Of a stretch of DNA of 64,000 nucleotides, positions 1 to 12,212 are shown one piece after another. Source of the DNA: Octopus bimaculoides (Eukaryota); NCBI RefSeq assembly GCF_001194135.2, contig NC_068991.1, forward strand, positions 48,986,008-49,050,007. The letters are read 5' to 3'. Below the pieces are notes generated by a model. It did no database searches and was not told where the DNA came from. It worked only from the letters and a program-made list of their open reading frames with translations. Position numbers and translations under genes: made by a program. How positions within the stretch are numbered: the first letter of the stretch is position 1; every line of letters starts with the position of its first letter.

Positions 1-542
1 GATGGGAAGGAGGGTGGTTATCAGAGCGTCAGTGGTGGTGGTCGCGGTGGAAGCAGAGTGGATGCTGGTATGAACTTTTATGAACGCAAGAACGCGAAGA
101 AAGAGATAGATTATAAGTGGTGTGTGTGTGTGTGTGTGTGCGTGCGTTTGTATGTGTGTGTGTGTGTGTGCGCGCGAGCGAGTGTGTGGTAGGTGGAGGG
201 GGAGGGATACAGAGAGGGAGGGGGTAGAGAGTGATTGAAAGAAAATGTGAGCTGATAGATTTATTACGAACAACAAATGCAACAACAGTCACTACTACCA
301 TCACCACTTCCTCCGCAACTACAAAACAACACCAAAAGCTGCTGCTACTACTACTACTGCTACTACTATTATTAAAACTACTATTACTACTACTGCTAGA
401 ACTACTGCTACTGCTACTGCTATGTAGAAGACGATAAAAGAAAAAGAACGATAAACATTATGCCGCTTTGGGTTGGACTTAAAAGTGAAACTGCCTGCTG
501 AGAGGCCTATGCATCCTACGCAAGATGGGCAAACCTCTTGCT

Positions 543-550
543 TATAAATA
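543..550 (+). promoter_or_regulatory. Candidate TATA box of the neuropeptide gene
   Basis: TATAAATA about 320 nt upstream of the ATG at 872. The TSS is not demonstrated. AG acceptor-like sites near 641 and 791 mean the 5' UTR could be spliced. Confidence 0.45.
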
Positions 551-871
551 CACGCGTTTCTACAACATCCAGTGTAAAAGCTGCAATACTTATCTAACAG
601 CAGCTTGCATATTGCCTTCACTACACGGTCATTTCTTTTAGAGACAAATAAAACAACAAGGGAAGAAAGCTCTATAACTAGTTTACGAACGAAATCTTAG
701 TAACTTATCGATCTACAAGTAAACCAGCAGCAACATAAAGATAACAGCAACAGCATCAGCAGAAGTTAATATTTTTATCAACTTGCCTTAGAGGAAGAAA
801 GAAGAAAGATAAAAAGACACTGACTGTTGCATGAAACGGATTTGAAATTCCCTATCCTTCAAACCAACGAA

Positions 872-940
872 ATGCATTCTTATGAAATAATTCTTAAATT
901 AAGTCTTGCCGTTTTGGCATCTTCACTGCTTGTGGAAACT
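872..940 (+). other. Predicted signal peptide
   Basis: MHSYEIILKLSLAVLASSLLVET has a hydrophobic core (LSLAVLASSLLV). The cleavage position is estimated by eye. Confidence 0.6.
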
Positions 941-1810
941 CATGACTTTAAAAGCTACTCGAATGCTGACAAAAGGTTTAGGGCGTCTGGTGATAGGATA
1001 AAAGGCCTGCTAAGAAAAAGAAATGTTAACAGTTTCATGGAAATGGAAACCCCAGAGAATTACATTCGCGAACTGGCTGCTAATCGAGGTATTGAAATTG
1101 ATTATCCTGAACATTTTGACAAGAGAATTAGAGAATTAGTCGGCAAACGATATCCTGAAAATTTTGACAAAAGAATTCGAGAATTGGTTGGCAAACGAGG
1201 AACAGAAATTGACTATCCTGATCACTTTGACAAAAGAATTAGAGAATTGGTTGGCAAACGTGGGACCGAAATAGAATATCCTGATCACTTTGACAAAAGA
1301 ATCAGAGAATTGGTTGGCAAACGAGGAAATGAAGTGGAATATTCTGACCACTTTGACAAAAGGATTAGGGAGTTGGTTGGCAAACGAGGAACAGAAGTTG
1401 AATTTCCCGACAAGAGAATTCGAGAACTGATTGGTAAACGTGGAGGTGAAATTGATTATCCTGACAAGAGAATCCGAGAATTGATCGGTAAACGAGGAGG
1501 CGAAGTTGAATATCCTGAAAATTTTGAGAAGAGAATTAGAGAATTAATTGGCAAACGAGGCACTGAAATCGAATTTCCAGAACAAGTTGACAAGAGAATT
1601 AGAGAATTAATTGGTAAAAGAGGAACCGAAGTTGAGTATCCTGAACATTTTGACAAGAGAATCAGAGAACTGGTCGGTAAACGAGGAAATGAAGCTGAAA
1701 ATCCCGAACATTTTGACAAGAGAATCAGAGAGTTGGTTGGTAAACGAAGTGTTCCATCAAATATCAGTAAAAATGTCGTTAAACGAAATGTAGAAAAATT
1801 AGAAGGTTAA
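872..1810 (+). CDS. Neuropeptide precursor (312 aa) encoding 7x IRELVamide + 4x IRELIamide; PRQFVamide/xREFVamide-family-like
   Basis: The track ORF starts at a TTG (827); the first in-frame ATG is 872. An N-terminal hydrophobic stretch is followed by 11 KR-IREL(V/I)-G-KR units (dibasic convertase sites plus amidation Gly) alternating with acidic spacers. Codons vary synonymously between units while the peptide is fixed. Confidence 0.9.
   Translation: MHSYEIILKLSLAVLASSLLVETHDFKSYSNADKRFRASGDRIKGLLRKRNVNSFMEMETPENYIRELAANRGIEIDYPEHFDKRIRELVGKRYPENFDKRIRELVGKRGTEIDYPDHFDKRIRELVGKRGTEIEYPDHFDKRIRELVGKRGNEVEYSDHFDKRIRELVGKRGTEVEFPDKRIRELIGKRGGEIDYPDKRIRELIGKRGGEVEYPENFEKRIRELIGKRGTEIEFPEQVDKRIRELIGKRGTEVEYPEHFDKRIRELVGKRGNEAENPEHFDKRIRELVGKRSVPSNISKNVVKRNVEKLEG
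1088..1747 (+). repeat. Coding tandem array, 11 units of about 45-63 bp
   Basis: Unit is spacer (GxE[IV][DE][YF]P[DE][HN]FD) + KR + IREL[VI]G + KR. Units 2, 6 and 7 have shortened spacers. Confidence 0.95.
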
Positions 1811-2355
1811 TTGGTTGCCAGGAGCAACGAAAATTAATGCAAATATTGGAATATTTAAATAAGGAAAAACAAAGGTTCTACACAATGACCGGGAGAAAGA
1901 AAACAAGTCACATGAAGAAAAACAAAAGATGATTTTTAAAAAATGTCTATTTCAGGAAACCAAATTTTTCAAAAAAAAAAAAAAAGACAAAATATTTAAC
2001 ATTCATTTCAGAATGAGAAATCAAAGAAATGAAAACCAGGTGAAATGATTTTAAAAATATATATATATTTCAAGAAATATATATATACATATATATATAC
2101 ATTCACAAAATAGCAACAGAAGAAAACGAGATAAAATTTATATTTTGGAAGAAAATAATAATGGTAAAATAATTTTTAATATATTAAGAATGATTATAGT
2201 AATAACAATAAGTAATAATAATTAATAATATTAATGATGATGATGTTGATGATGATTATGATGATATGACACTAAAAATGTCGAAATGGAAATTATATTA
2301 TCTAAAAAAAAAACCAAAAAACACATAACAGAACTTATTTTTAAAAGTTCTACTA

Positions 2356-2361
2356 ATTAAA
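2356..2361 (+). other. Possible variant polyadenylation signal (ATTAAA)
   Basis: ATTAAA about 550 nt after the stop, followed by a T-rich tract. No transcript support. Confidence 0.25.
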
Positions 2362-2779
2362 TTACCTATCTTTTCCTTCCTACATGCTCCAGGCTTTCTT
2401 CTGTCTTTTATTTCTCGTTCCTCTCTCACGATCTANNNNNNNNNNNNNNNNNNNNNNNNNNNNNNNNNNNNNNNNNNNNNNNNNNNNNNNNNNNNNNNNN
2501 NNNNNNNNNNNNNNNNNNNNNNNNNNNNNNNNNNNNNNNNNNNNNNNNNNNNNNNNNNNNNNNNNNNNNNNNNNNNNNNNNNNNNNNNNNNNNNNNNNNN
2601 NNNNNNNNNNNNNNNNNNNNNNNNNNNNNNNNNNNNNNNNNNNNNNNNNNNNNNNNNNNNNNNNNNNNNNNNNNNNNNNNNNNNNNNNNNNNNNNNNNNN
2701 NNNNNNNNNNNNNNNNNNNNNNNNNNNNNNNNNNNNNNNNNNNNNNNNNNNNNNNNNNNNNNNNNNNNNNNNNNATATA

Positions 2780-2830
<51 letters not shown>

Positions 2831-3246
2831 ATATATGTATACATATACATATTCACACTTATACATTCACACATATTTATAAGTATTTATATACATATAG
2901 GTTTTTGTATGTATATATACATATATATATATATCAGAAATGATGCCCAATTACATTATGTTTATTTGTCCTGTTGAAATTATAGTGTTATATTGCTATA
3001 TTCTACAGTTTGTTATTTATTCAAGCAGTGGATATATCTACTTTCACTTTTACTTTCGGATTAGTTGCAAAAGTAGAAGTTGGATTCAAACTTTATTTGT
3101 GCAGTAACATTGCTTTCGTTTGCAAGTGCGTGTGTATGCGTGCGTGTGTCAGTTTGTTTGCCCGTGCATAATGTAAACATGTGTATCGATGCTTCTAAAT
3201 TCCGTATAATTAAAATGTGTATTGGATATAGATTTATATATACTAC

Positions 3247-3303
<57 letters not shown>

Positions 3304-3456
3304 ATATCCATCTATCTATCTATCTATCTTCTGTCTGTCTGTCTGTCTGTTTTCTTTCTGTCTGTTTTCTTTCTGTCTGTTTGTCAGTCTGTTTTTTTCT
3401 GTCTATCTCTCTGTCTCTGCCTCTCTATCTCTGTCTGTCTGTCTCTCTCTCTCTTT

Positions 3457-3522
<66 letters not shown>

Positions 3523-4199
3523 GTCTATCTATCTATCTTTATATATACACGCATACACACATTTACATATATGTATATACACGTAATATATGCATATCAT
3601 TCTGAATAATAGAGGCGTATGCGTGTCAGTATGTATGTATGTATGAAGTAAAAAATCTCTTTGTAATTAACTGTATTAGTACGTGATATGACATTTACAT
3701 TATTAATTACTGTAATTGTACAAAGTTTATATTCTTATATTAGGCTGCTCGTTATTTATTAGAATTTGTCTCTTGTGATTCGTTCATTTTATACTATTTA
3801 TCAGTTATATATGCGTAATTACTATAGCTACAATTAAATTTGACATTTTTTTTTTCCTTGGTGTATGCTTGAGTTTGCGCGTGTATGTTAAATTGTTAAC
3901 AGATATATATTAGGGAAGTTTATTGTTTTTACCACATCATGAAGAGAATGTTGTAGCACGCTTAACTCGGGTTGTTCTGTTGTTCGTAATATCGCAGTTT
4001 ATGTTTCAAGTTTTGTTGATGTTGTTAAGATTAGTATAGTTGTTCTTATTGTTGTTGCTGCTGCTGCTGCTACTGTTATAAGTATTGTTTCTCATGTTGT
4101 TAGTATTGGTGTCGTTAGTATTGTTGTTAGTATTGCTGCCGCTGTTGTTAGCATTTTTGTCCTTATTAATATTGTCGTTTTTTGTTATTAAGTCTCATG

Positions 4200-4520
4200 T
4201 AGACATTGCAGCCGTGGCAATCTCGTCTTCTGCTTAGACAGTGGAACATCTCTGTACATACCCTTCTCCGCGCTCCACTTCTTTTTCTTTAAGACAGTCG
4301 GGTGCAATTTGAGGGATATTTGATTGCTTATTTCTGTCCATCAGTACAACCACGTGGAAACTCCCCTTCCTTTTAGTGAGAAGCGGAGGATGTAGCTGTG
4401 ACAGATCTCTGTTAAGTAGATGCGTGGAATCCAGATATGCTGAGTTGGACGATGATGGGGGTGAGGAAAGCGAATAGCTTTGTAAGTTTGACAGAGATGA
4501 TGATGTGCCAAAAGTCACGA
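4200..4520 (-). mobile_element. Decayed 3' end of a CR1/L2-like LINE ORF2
   Basis: Minus-strand translation (SLSSPPSS...LSQLHPPLLT...) loosely resembles the C-terminal tail of CR1/L2-group ORF2. Heavily degenerate. Confidence 0.35.
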
Positions 4521-6300
4521 AGTGTAACTACATATTGTGATCTGTAGGCATAATCTAGCGGCTTCAGCTGTTACACCAACAGGATTTTTATACTTCGTTG
4601 TTTTTTGGTCCATTCTATGCAACTGAACATTATGCTTGAGGACGATTCGTATGAAACGGAACAGGCGATTGTTCGTCGGTTAGTCGAACAGTCGGTTCTT
4701 CAAGTTCTGTAGAAACGGCAATTGTCGTTTAACCCCAGCTTAATTCTAACTGAGCAGAGCTATAAAACGAAAGTATTCCGTCCGTTATCATGGCATCGTT
4801 TTGGAGCTATCTAGGACTAGATTAATATAATGTATTCCTCCCATTTTAAAAAACTTCAATGTAGGATGTGAGGTAAACTTTGACCATCATTTTTAACAGA
4901 TCGACTAAGCAGATTCGCAAGGTCTTCCTTGTTGGATCAGCAGAAATAGTAGTTCTAGTGGTAATTCGGGTAAAGTCATCGGACAGGAAGGATTCGGCAA
5001 AGGGCATTAACACGAGTTTTAGAAAGCTAGTAAACCAACACAGTAACCCAGAAGCCGAAAGAGACAGAAAGCTATGGGTGTGGATTAAGCGGGTAGACGA
5101 TATTTTTTAATATCTTGCAGTATAGCCGATTATCATTGAAGTCAGTATTTGATGTGTACTTGTTTTATTGTACTTCCGAAAGTGTAAATATGAAATAAAG
5201 TTGATCTGATCGCAGCAGTTTTGAACTCAAAGTTTAAAAGAATTCTCCTAACCGCCCCAGCAGTACAGACACTTGTTGTTGTTGTTGTTATTGTTGTTAT
5301 TGTTGCTGTGGTTGTCGTGGTGGTAGTGGCGGTGGTGGTGGCAGCAGTGGTTAGTGATATTGATGCTTCTGTTATTGTAGCTGTAATCGTTGTTATGGTG
5401 GTGGTAATGCTGTTGTAGCTGTTGTTGTTGTTATTGTTCGAGATTTTGTTTTTGTTATTGTTCCTGTTATGGTTGTGGTGGTAGAGATGGTGGTGATGGT
5501 GATGGTGGTGGTGGTACCTTGTGGTGCTATTGCTGCCGTTCGTGTTACTGTTGTTATTTTGTTGTTGTTGCTGCTGTTGTTACTGCTCTTGCTGACGTAG
5601 CAGTTATTGTGGTTGTAGTTGTTGTAGTTGTTGATGTTGATGTTCTTGTACTTGTTATTACTGTTGCTTCAGCTGTTCCTGTTGTTTAACACCAGGCCAA
5701 AGCTGAAGTGGTAGATCTTTATTCAGATATTTATCACCGTTGGAATATACCGGTCTTCTTTTTCATTTTTTTTTTCTATTAAGGTTCAGGACTACACATT
5801 ATCCAGCGTATTCTTCCTGTTTTTTTTTTGTCTGTTTTGTTTTGTTTTTAAAGACAAGAAAAGCTTTTGACGGAAATTTAGCTCCTATTTCTAGCCGGTC
5901 GAGCGACCATCATCAGTTGCCAAATCCAGGTGTATAACAACCCGAAGGGTTGCAAAGATGTCCAGGAAAAATAGCGAATCTTTAATTTCACAAACACATA
6001 GGTATGTAACTTATAATTAATTGTCAATTTTGTTCGAAAGCTCAAAGCATATTTCTTAAGAGAGTTGTTGAAAGTCTTCACCTTGCAGCAATTTCTAATC
6101 TGTATGCAAACGAAATTTCCTCCAGGGACTAGAATGCTTTCCAGGCCTGCAATACAAACACCGTTGTTAAGAAGTAGATTTATATTTTTCTATGTTTCTT
6201 CGTTTATTTCATTTTTGGTTTATCATATTTAACTTTATATTTAAGTTAGTTAGCACGTTCATCACAAATTATTTCACATTATTATTGATTTCTTTTCAAG

Positions 6301-6755
6301 GAGATGAGCTGGCAAACTTGTCAGCATTTCGAACAAAATGCTTAGATGTACTTTATGCGGCTTTGCGTTCTGTGTTCAAATTCCGCCCAATATATTTTTA
6401 ACCCTTCCGGGGTCGATAGAATAAGTACCATCTAAGCACGAACGACCTCCTCCCAAAATGTCAGGCTCTGTGCCAATAGTAAAAAGGATTATTATTGTAT
6501 CTATAGAAGAAAGGAATACCATTGCATTTATAGCAGAAAGGATTATTGTTGGCAAAATAGTTAGCATTTCGGACAACATGCTTAACTCCATTTCTTATGC
6601 TTTTTTAAGTTCTGAGTTCAAATTCCGCCGAGATCACTTTTGCTGGTACATCTTTTTGGAGTCGTTACAATAAGTATTACTCAACTACTGGAGTCGATGT
6701 AATCGACGAACACCGGTCCCTAACAATTACTGGTCTTGTGCCAACATTTGAGTCC
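6301..6755 (+). mobile_element. Two tandem copies of SINE family A (about 200 bp, tRNA-like head)
   Basis: Shared motifs GAGCTGGCA..., GTTC(T)GAGTTCAAATTCCGCC, GGGTCGATA.AATAAGTACC and TGTGCCAA recur about 19 times in the window. A-box and B-box-like motifs are present. Confidence 0.8.
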
Positions 6756-6982
6756 ACTTTTATTGGTTCATTTGATCCCTTTCTTTTCTTTAACGTTTAT
6801 GTTTTCATTCTATTCATGTTAGTTGTTGCACTTGTTCTTTAATATTTCAACATTGTTGTTCTTGAGGTTGATGATTAGTTTAAAACTAATGGTGGTAGTG
6901 ATAGTAATGGTGGTGTCGCTCTTGTTGTTTTGGGTGGTGGTGATGGGTGGTGATGGTGGTGGTGATGGTGGTGATGGTATTG

Positions 6983-7014
<32 letters not shown>

Positions 7015-9419
7015 GGTAGTAATGATGAGGAAGATGGGTGATGATACTGCCATATTTGTTATTTCTTTTCTTTATATTCTTTTGATGGTTACTGAATGAA
7101 AACTAATATATATACGTACATAAACACACACACACACACACACGCACATATATACACATATACATGTTCATATTCATTGTCTATACATAAAGAATATGTA
7201 TAGATGTACGCATATGCATAAACATATTTATATTCATATATAAATGCATATTTAACATTTACTCAAATGCATTTTATATATACATTCGTATAAATATTTA
7301 TGTGTGTGTGCTATATCTATATAATTATAAATATTTATATGTGTGTGTGCTATATCTATATAATTATAACCATGCTTACATATACAGTTATTTTTCTCTC
7401 TTTTACAACTACTTAGCGAAAATGCTTATATGTGCATGTATATGTATATATCTACATATTTATATCAATATATATATATATTCCTATATATATATATATA
7501 TATATNNNNNNNNNNNNNNNNNNNNNNNNNNNNNNNNNNNNNNNNNNNNNNNNNNNNNNNNNNNNNNNNNNNNNNNNNNNNNNNNNNNNNNNNNNNNNNN
7601 NNNNNNNNNNNNNNNNNNNNNNNNNNNNNNNNNNNNNNNNNNNNNNNNNNNNNNNNNNNNNNNNNNNNNNNNNNNNNNNNNNNNNNNNNNNNNNNNNNNN
7701 NNNNNNNNNNNNNNNNNNNNNNNNNNNNNNNNNNNNNNNNNNNNNNNNNNNNNNNNNNNNNNNNNNNNNNNNNNNNNNNNNNNNNNNNNNNNNNNNNNNN
7801 NNNNNNNNNNNNNNNNNNNNNNNNNNNNNNNNNNNNNNNNNNNNNNNNNNNNNNNNNNNNNNNNNNNNNNNNNNNNNNNNNNNNNNNNNNNNNNNNNNNN
7901 NNNNNNNNNNNNNNNNNNNNNNNNNNNNNNNNNNNNNNNNNNNNNNNNNNNNNNNNNNNNNNNNNNNNNNNNNNNNNNNNNNNNNNNNNNNNNNNNNNNN
8001 NNNNNNNNNNNNNNNNNNNNNNNNNNNNNNNNNNNNNNNNNNNNNNNNNNNNNNNNNNNNNNNNNNNNNNNNNNNNNNNNNNNNNNNNNNNNNNNNNNNN
8101 NNNNNNNNNNNNNATATATATATATATATATATATACGTATAATATGAGTGTATATAAGCGCACATGATAAATGTGTGTGTGTGTGTGTGTGTGTGTGTT
8201 TGTGGACATTTGTTTGTTCGTTGATGATGTGCTTGTGATAATTGCACGTGTTATTTATTGGCATCTTGTGTTTTCATCGCTTTGGATTTGCCCTTCATTT
8301 AGGATTCTAGTTTCGTAAGGATTAAATTTGCATAGAGATTTCTTAGTTTAATGCCGTTTTGTTGTGTATATTACACTATAGTCATATTGCGCGACTGTTC
8401 TGCACTGAAATTCTTTTTCTGGCAAGACTTAAACTTGTTTGGAGATGTATCTGTTGCATATGTGTGTGTGTAGGTGGCGGGTACGTGTATATGTTTACTG
8501 ATGTTCATGTACACTTAATTATGTAGATACCAGGATATTAAACATCATCCTTGGAGCGTGGCATCAAAGACGACAACAATTAAAAGTAACAAACGAAAGC
8601 AAAATATCACGAACAACAATAACAATTACAACAACAGTAATATCAAGAGCAAAAATATATCAATACTAACAAGAACAGGAAGATGTTCTACAGTACCACA
8701 AGGAGCATTCAGTTGTACCAACCCATGCTTCCTAAACCCAGTGGCAATCCCATAAAAAAATCAACTCTTAGACCTTTAGCAATCACCAGCACCAACAACA
8801 ACATTATCACCACCACCACCACCATAAAGTGAATCCTTTGGAACTTCGTCAGTTGAAATTAGTATTTGCAGCTGACACCATCCTACTGATAATCAAGGTG
8901 ATCCATGTGAATCTAAATCTTATTGATTTCACTTTGTCGCAGAAATCCTGAGAAATACATAAAAAAACCCGCTTCCTTCTTAGTAAACCATAAAGGAAAT
9001 ATCTTGCACATTAAAAGGTGATTTTCTTAGTAAATTAATCGTGTTTATCAATCGTTGAAACTATAAATATACCACTGAATGGCAAAACTGTCTCATGGTA
9101 CGAATGCTCCGACTGAATAAAGTAAGCAATATTTCAATTTCCTTTCTTGTAAACGTCATTTTCAGACGTTTTAAATATTTCAGTATTTTTATTTTTATTT
9201 CGTGTTTCATGTGCTCGATTGAGGACAATGTTGTTCGTATTAGGTATGATCACTGTTTTGTCTTGGTTTTGCATTTTTATTATAATGACTGTATTTACAT
9301 AATATGAACCTACGAGAATTATTTTCTATAATACGATCACATTTGTAAGGTTTTAGCTGTTGCTTTGTCCGAATGATCTTCAGTCATAAGCAGCAAAACA
9401 TCTATCTAAATGGGGATAT

Positions 9420-9633
9420 AAGGTGGTGATCTGGCAAAAACGTTAGCAAGCTAGCAAAATGCTTCGCGGCATTTCGTCCGTCGTTACTTTCTAAGTTCAA
9501 ATTCCGTCGGGGTCAACTTTGCCTTTCATCCTTTCAGGGTTGATAAAATAAGTCCCAGTTAAAGCCTGGAGTCGATGTAAGTGACTTCCCCTGCCCCAAA
9601 ATTACTGGCCTTGTGCTAAAGTTTGAAACCAAT
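9420..9633 (+). mobile_element. SINE family A copy
   Basis: Same motifs as 6301-6755 and the reverse complement of 34708-34926. Confidence 0.8.
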
Positions 9634-9763
9634 ATGGGGATTGTTTCTTTTTTCACTCCCTACCTATTGGTTATCTCTATCTCCAGATCTTAAGGCTTGG
9701 ACAATTTCTCCATTTTCTTTTAGAAATATTTCATCATCGGTTGTGACTGATACATAGATTAAG

Positions 9764-9966
9764 TACAGGATGGAACAAAAGGAAAGTCCCAGGTTCATTA
9801 TTTTTGATAAACGTTTCAACAAGTACTCTGGGTGTACTGGCCCAAACCATAATGGTTACAAAAACATAACACATTAGCTACATGAAGACACCATTTCTCC
9901 CTAATTTCTCTGGCCTCATACCAATGACTGTGTAAAATATGAAATGGTTTTCTGTTGCACCCTGCA
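9764..9966. mobile_element. Possible Tc1/mariner-type MITE
   Basis: Imperfect TIRs: TACAGGATGGAACAAAA versus the reverse complement TGCAGGGTGCAACAGAAAA. Confidence 0.3.
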
Positions 9967-10894
9967 TTTCTCAACAATACCAAGTGCATTTTCTTTCATT
10001 TTCTTTCATTTTCCTTTTTTATCTAGATTGCCATATCCTCAGTCTCTTAGAGTATTTCTGTTGCCTGTTCAAACGACTGGGTTTATGTTGGTATTACACG
10101 TTGCAGACAACCTTTCCAGTGTATGAAAACCCTAACTCCGCCTTGCCTCACAGCGTATTCCCGCTGGGTCGACAGGGACAATATCGTTAATTATTTCTTC
10201 TCAACCTCCACATCCAATATCCCCCTACGATTATCTATTTTAACCTTTCATAACTTGGTTTCAGTTAATTTTGAAAATAATGAAAATATATCAAAATAAC
10301 TTTATTATTATTAAGCTGGTGTTTGGATCATAAATCAGCATGGAATTTTAGTGGAGAGTTTTATGTTATATTATTCTAAAACAAGACGTTTGAATAACAG
10401 AACCAGAGTCGATTCCAGGTGATATGCTCTCAAAAGGCTTGTTTCATGATTTTCTTTTGGTAACTTACAATAGGAAGTCTTTGATCTTATGCTTCTGCCA
10501 AGAACCATGGCGTTTCAGCTTAAAAGCTGCCATTTTTGCTTTGTTTAATTCTATCCTGCTCTACGTTTTGCTTTTCGTCAGATATTGGCAATGTAGGGTC
10601 TTTCATCGCCAACATTTTAAACATGGCATTCTGTGGCCCCAATTTTACTTTTTACTTTTTGCACTATTTCTATTGTTTTTTACCATTTTGTTTCATTTGT
10701 GTTTTGTTCGTGCTTTGTAGCTATTTCTATTAGTTTTCATTGTTCTAAACTAAATATTTTTGAAGTCCTGCGGTGGATATTTTATAATGTCCTCCTAACT
10801 TTATAAGACCCTATCTCTCTGTGTTATAGTAAATATAAATTTATGTCAGCTTAGGAGTTTGTATATTCCCTTTGCAGAGAGAATCGCCAAAAGG

Positions 10895-12115
10895 AACGGG
10901 GAAGCTATGCTTCCCGATATATTTACTTATGCATATTTATGTTTCGAGTTCAAATTCTGTCGGATCTAACTTAACTTTTTAATCTACTAATGATGATAAA
11001 TAGGTGCAAATCAAAGTCTAGAACCAATACAATTAATTGTACTCACTCCACCCGCAGTATGCGATTCTATGTTCATGCCAGAAGTCTTTCTATCATCATT
11101 TTAGAAAGGGAGGCGGATTGGTGGAAAGATTAGGGTGTCAGATAAAATGCTTTGCAATATATTTTTAAATCTTGCTGTTCTGAGTTTAGATCTCGCCGAC
11201 GTCAACTTTGCCATTCATTCTTCTGGTACCGATATAATAAAGTTCTCAGTGAAGTACTGCTGGAAAAATAATTGAATAACTTTTTAACCCTTCTTTAAAT
11301 TTAAAAACAATTATTATTGTGTTAAACTATGAATTTTAATACCAACAGGAAGTCGTCTGATAAAATATGTACCAGTAATTCATTGGTACAATTGACACCT
11401 AGACTATAAAATGTTAAGCAATGTGAAAGAAAGTTTATTAATGTTTCCAAAAGGTGGTTGGAGTTCCACAATAGTGGAGTGTTACATTGAATGCCAAAGT
11501 AAATTAAATTAAATATGATGATTTGATTGTAGAAGATTTATAGAATTATTACAGCATTAGACAAAATGCTTCCAGTCATTTCTCCTGGTTCTTTACGTTC
11601 TGAGTTCAAATCTCACAGAACACATCTTTGCTTTTCATCTTTGTAGGCTCGATAGAATAAAGCACCAGCTAAAACTGGGGTCGATGGTACCGATATCGAC
11701 TAACCCCATCCCCTCAAGAAAAGCTTTGTACCGAAATTAGAAACCTTTATTAATAGCAATGGTAGCTGGCAGAATCGTTAGAGCACTGGGCAGAATACTT
11801 TGAGATATTTGTTCCGCTCTTTAATTTCTCAGTTAAAATCTCACCCACTTTAGCTTTGCTTCATTGATGGAATAAAGCATCAGTCAAATACTAGAGTCGA
11901 TGATATCGTATAGTACCCTCCTTACCTAAATGCTGACCTTGTGCCTATATCAGAAACAATTCTGAGTTGGGGGCTACATTGGTAGAACCGTTAGAGCACC
12001 GGAAAAATTGCCTTGAGACATTTGTTTCGGTTCTTGAAATTCCGAGTTCAACCTCCGCTGATCAGCTTCGCCTTTTATCCCTCTAGGATAGATAACATAA
12101 AGAGCCAGTCAAACA
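10895..12115 (+). mobile_element. Cluster of five same-strand SINE family A copies
   Basis: Copies at about 10895-11090, 11108-11310, 11540-11745, 11760-11960 and 11970-12115, separated by ATT-rich relics. Confidence 0.75.
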
Positions 12116-12212
12116 CAGGTGTTATATAACTTATTTTTATTTTGCAAAACTGTTGGTTTTGTGTCTATGTTGTCAAGTATTATTATTATTAATGTTATTG
12201 TATTATTTTCAA

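Noticed and set aside
231-437. Poly-Leu/poly-Thr ORF suggesting a membrane protein
   Set aside because: Translation of a (CTA/CTG)n microsatellite. The same applies to the many YI, CV, HT, LSIY and poly-X ORFs.
481-492. AAAAGTGAAACT, IRF/Blimp-like motif upstream of the TATA box
   Set aside because: A single short A-rich match in AT-rich DNA, with no conservation evidence.
827-871. N-terminal extension of the 327 aa track ORF
   Set aside because: It begins at TTG, not ATG. The signal peptide fits a start at 872.
1088-1747. Repeat-spacer periodicity reminiscent of a CRISPR array
   Set aside because: In-frame coding repeat with synonymous variation in a eukaryotic gene; spacers are mutually homologous and there are no cas genes.
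1136-1793. Overlapping ORFs at 1136-1351, 1456-1719 and 1611-1793
   Set aside because: Antisense or frame shadows of the repetitive neuropeptide CDS.
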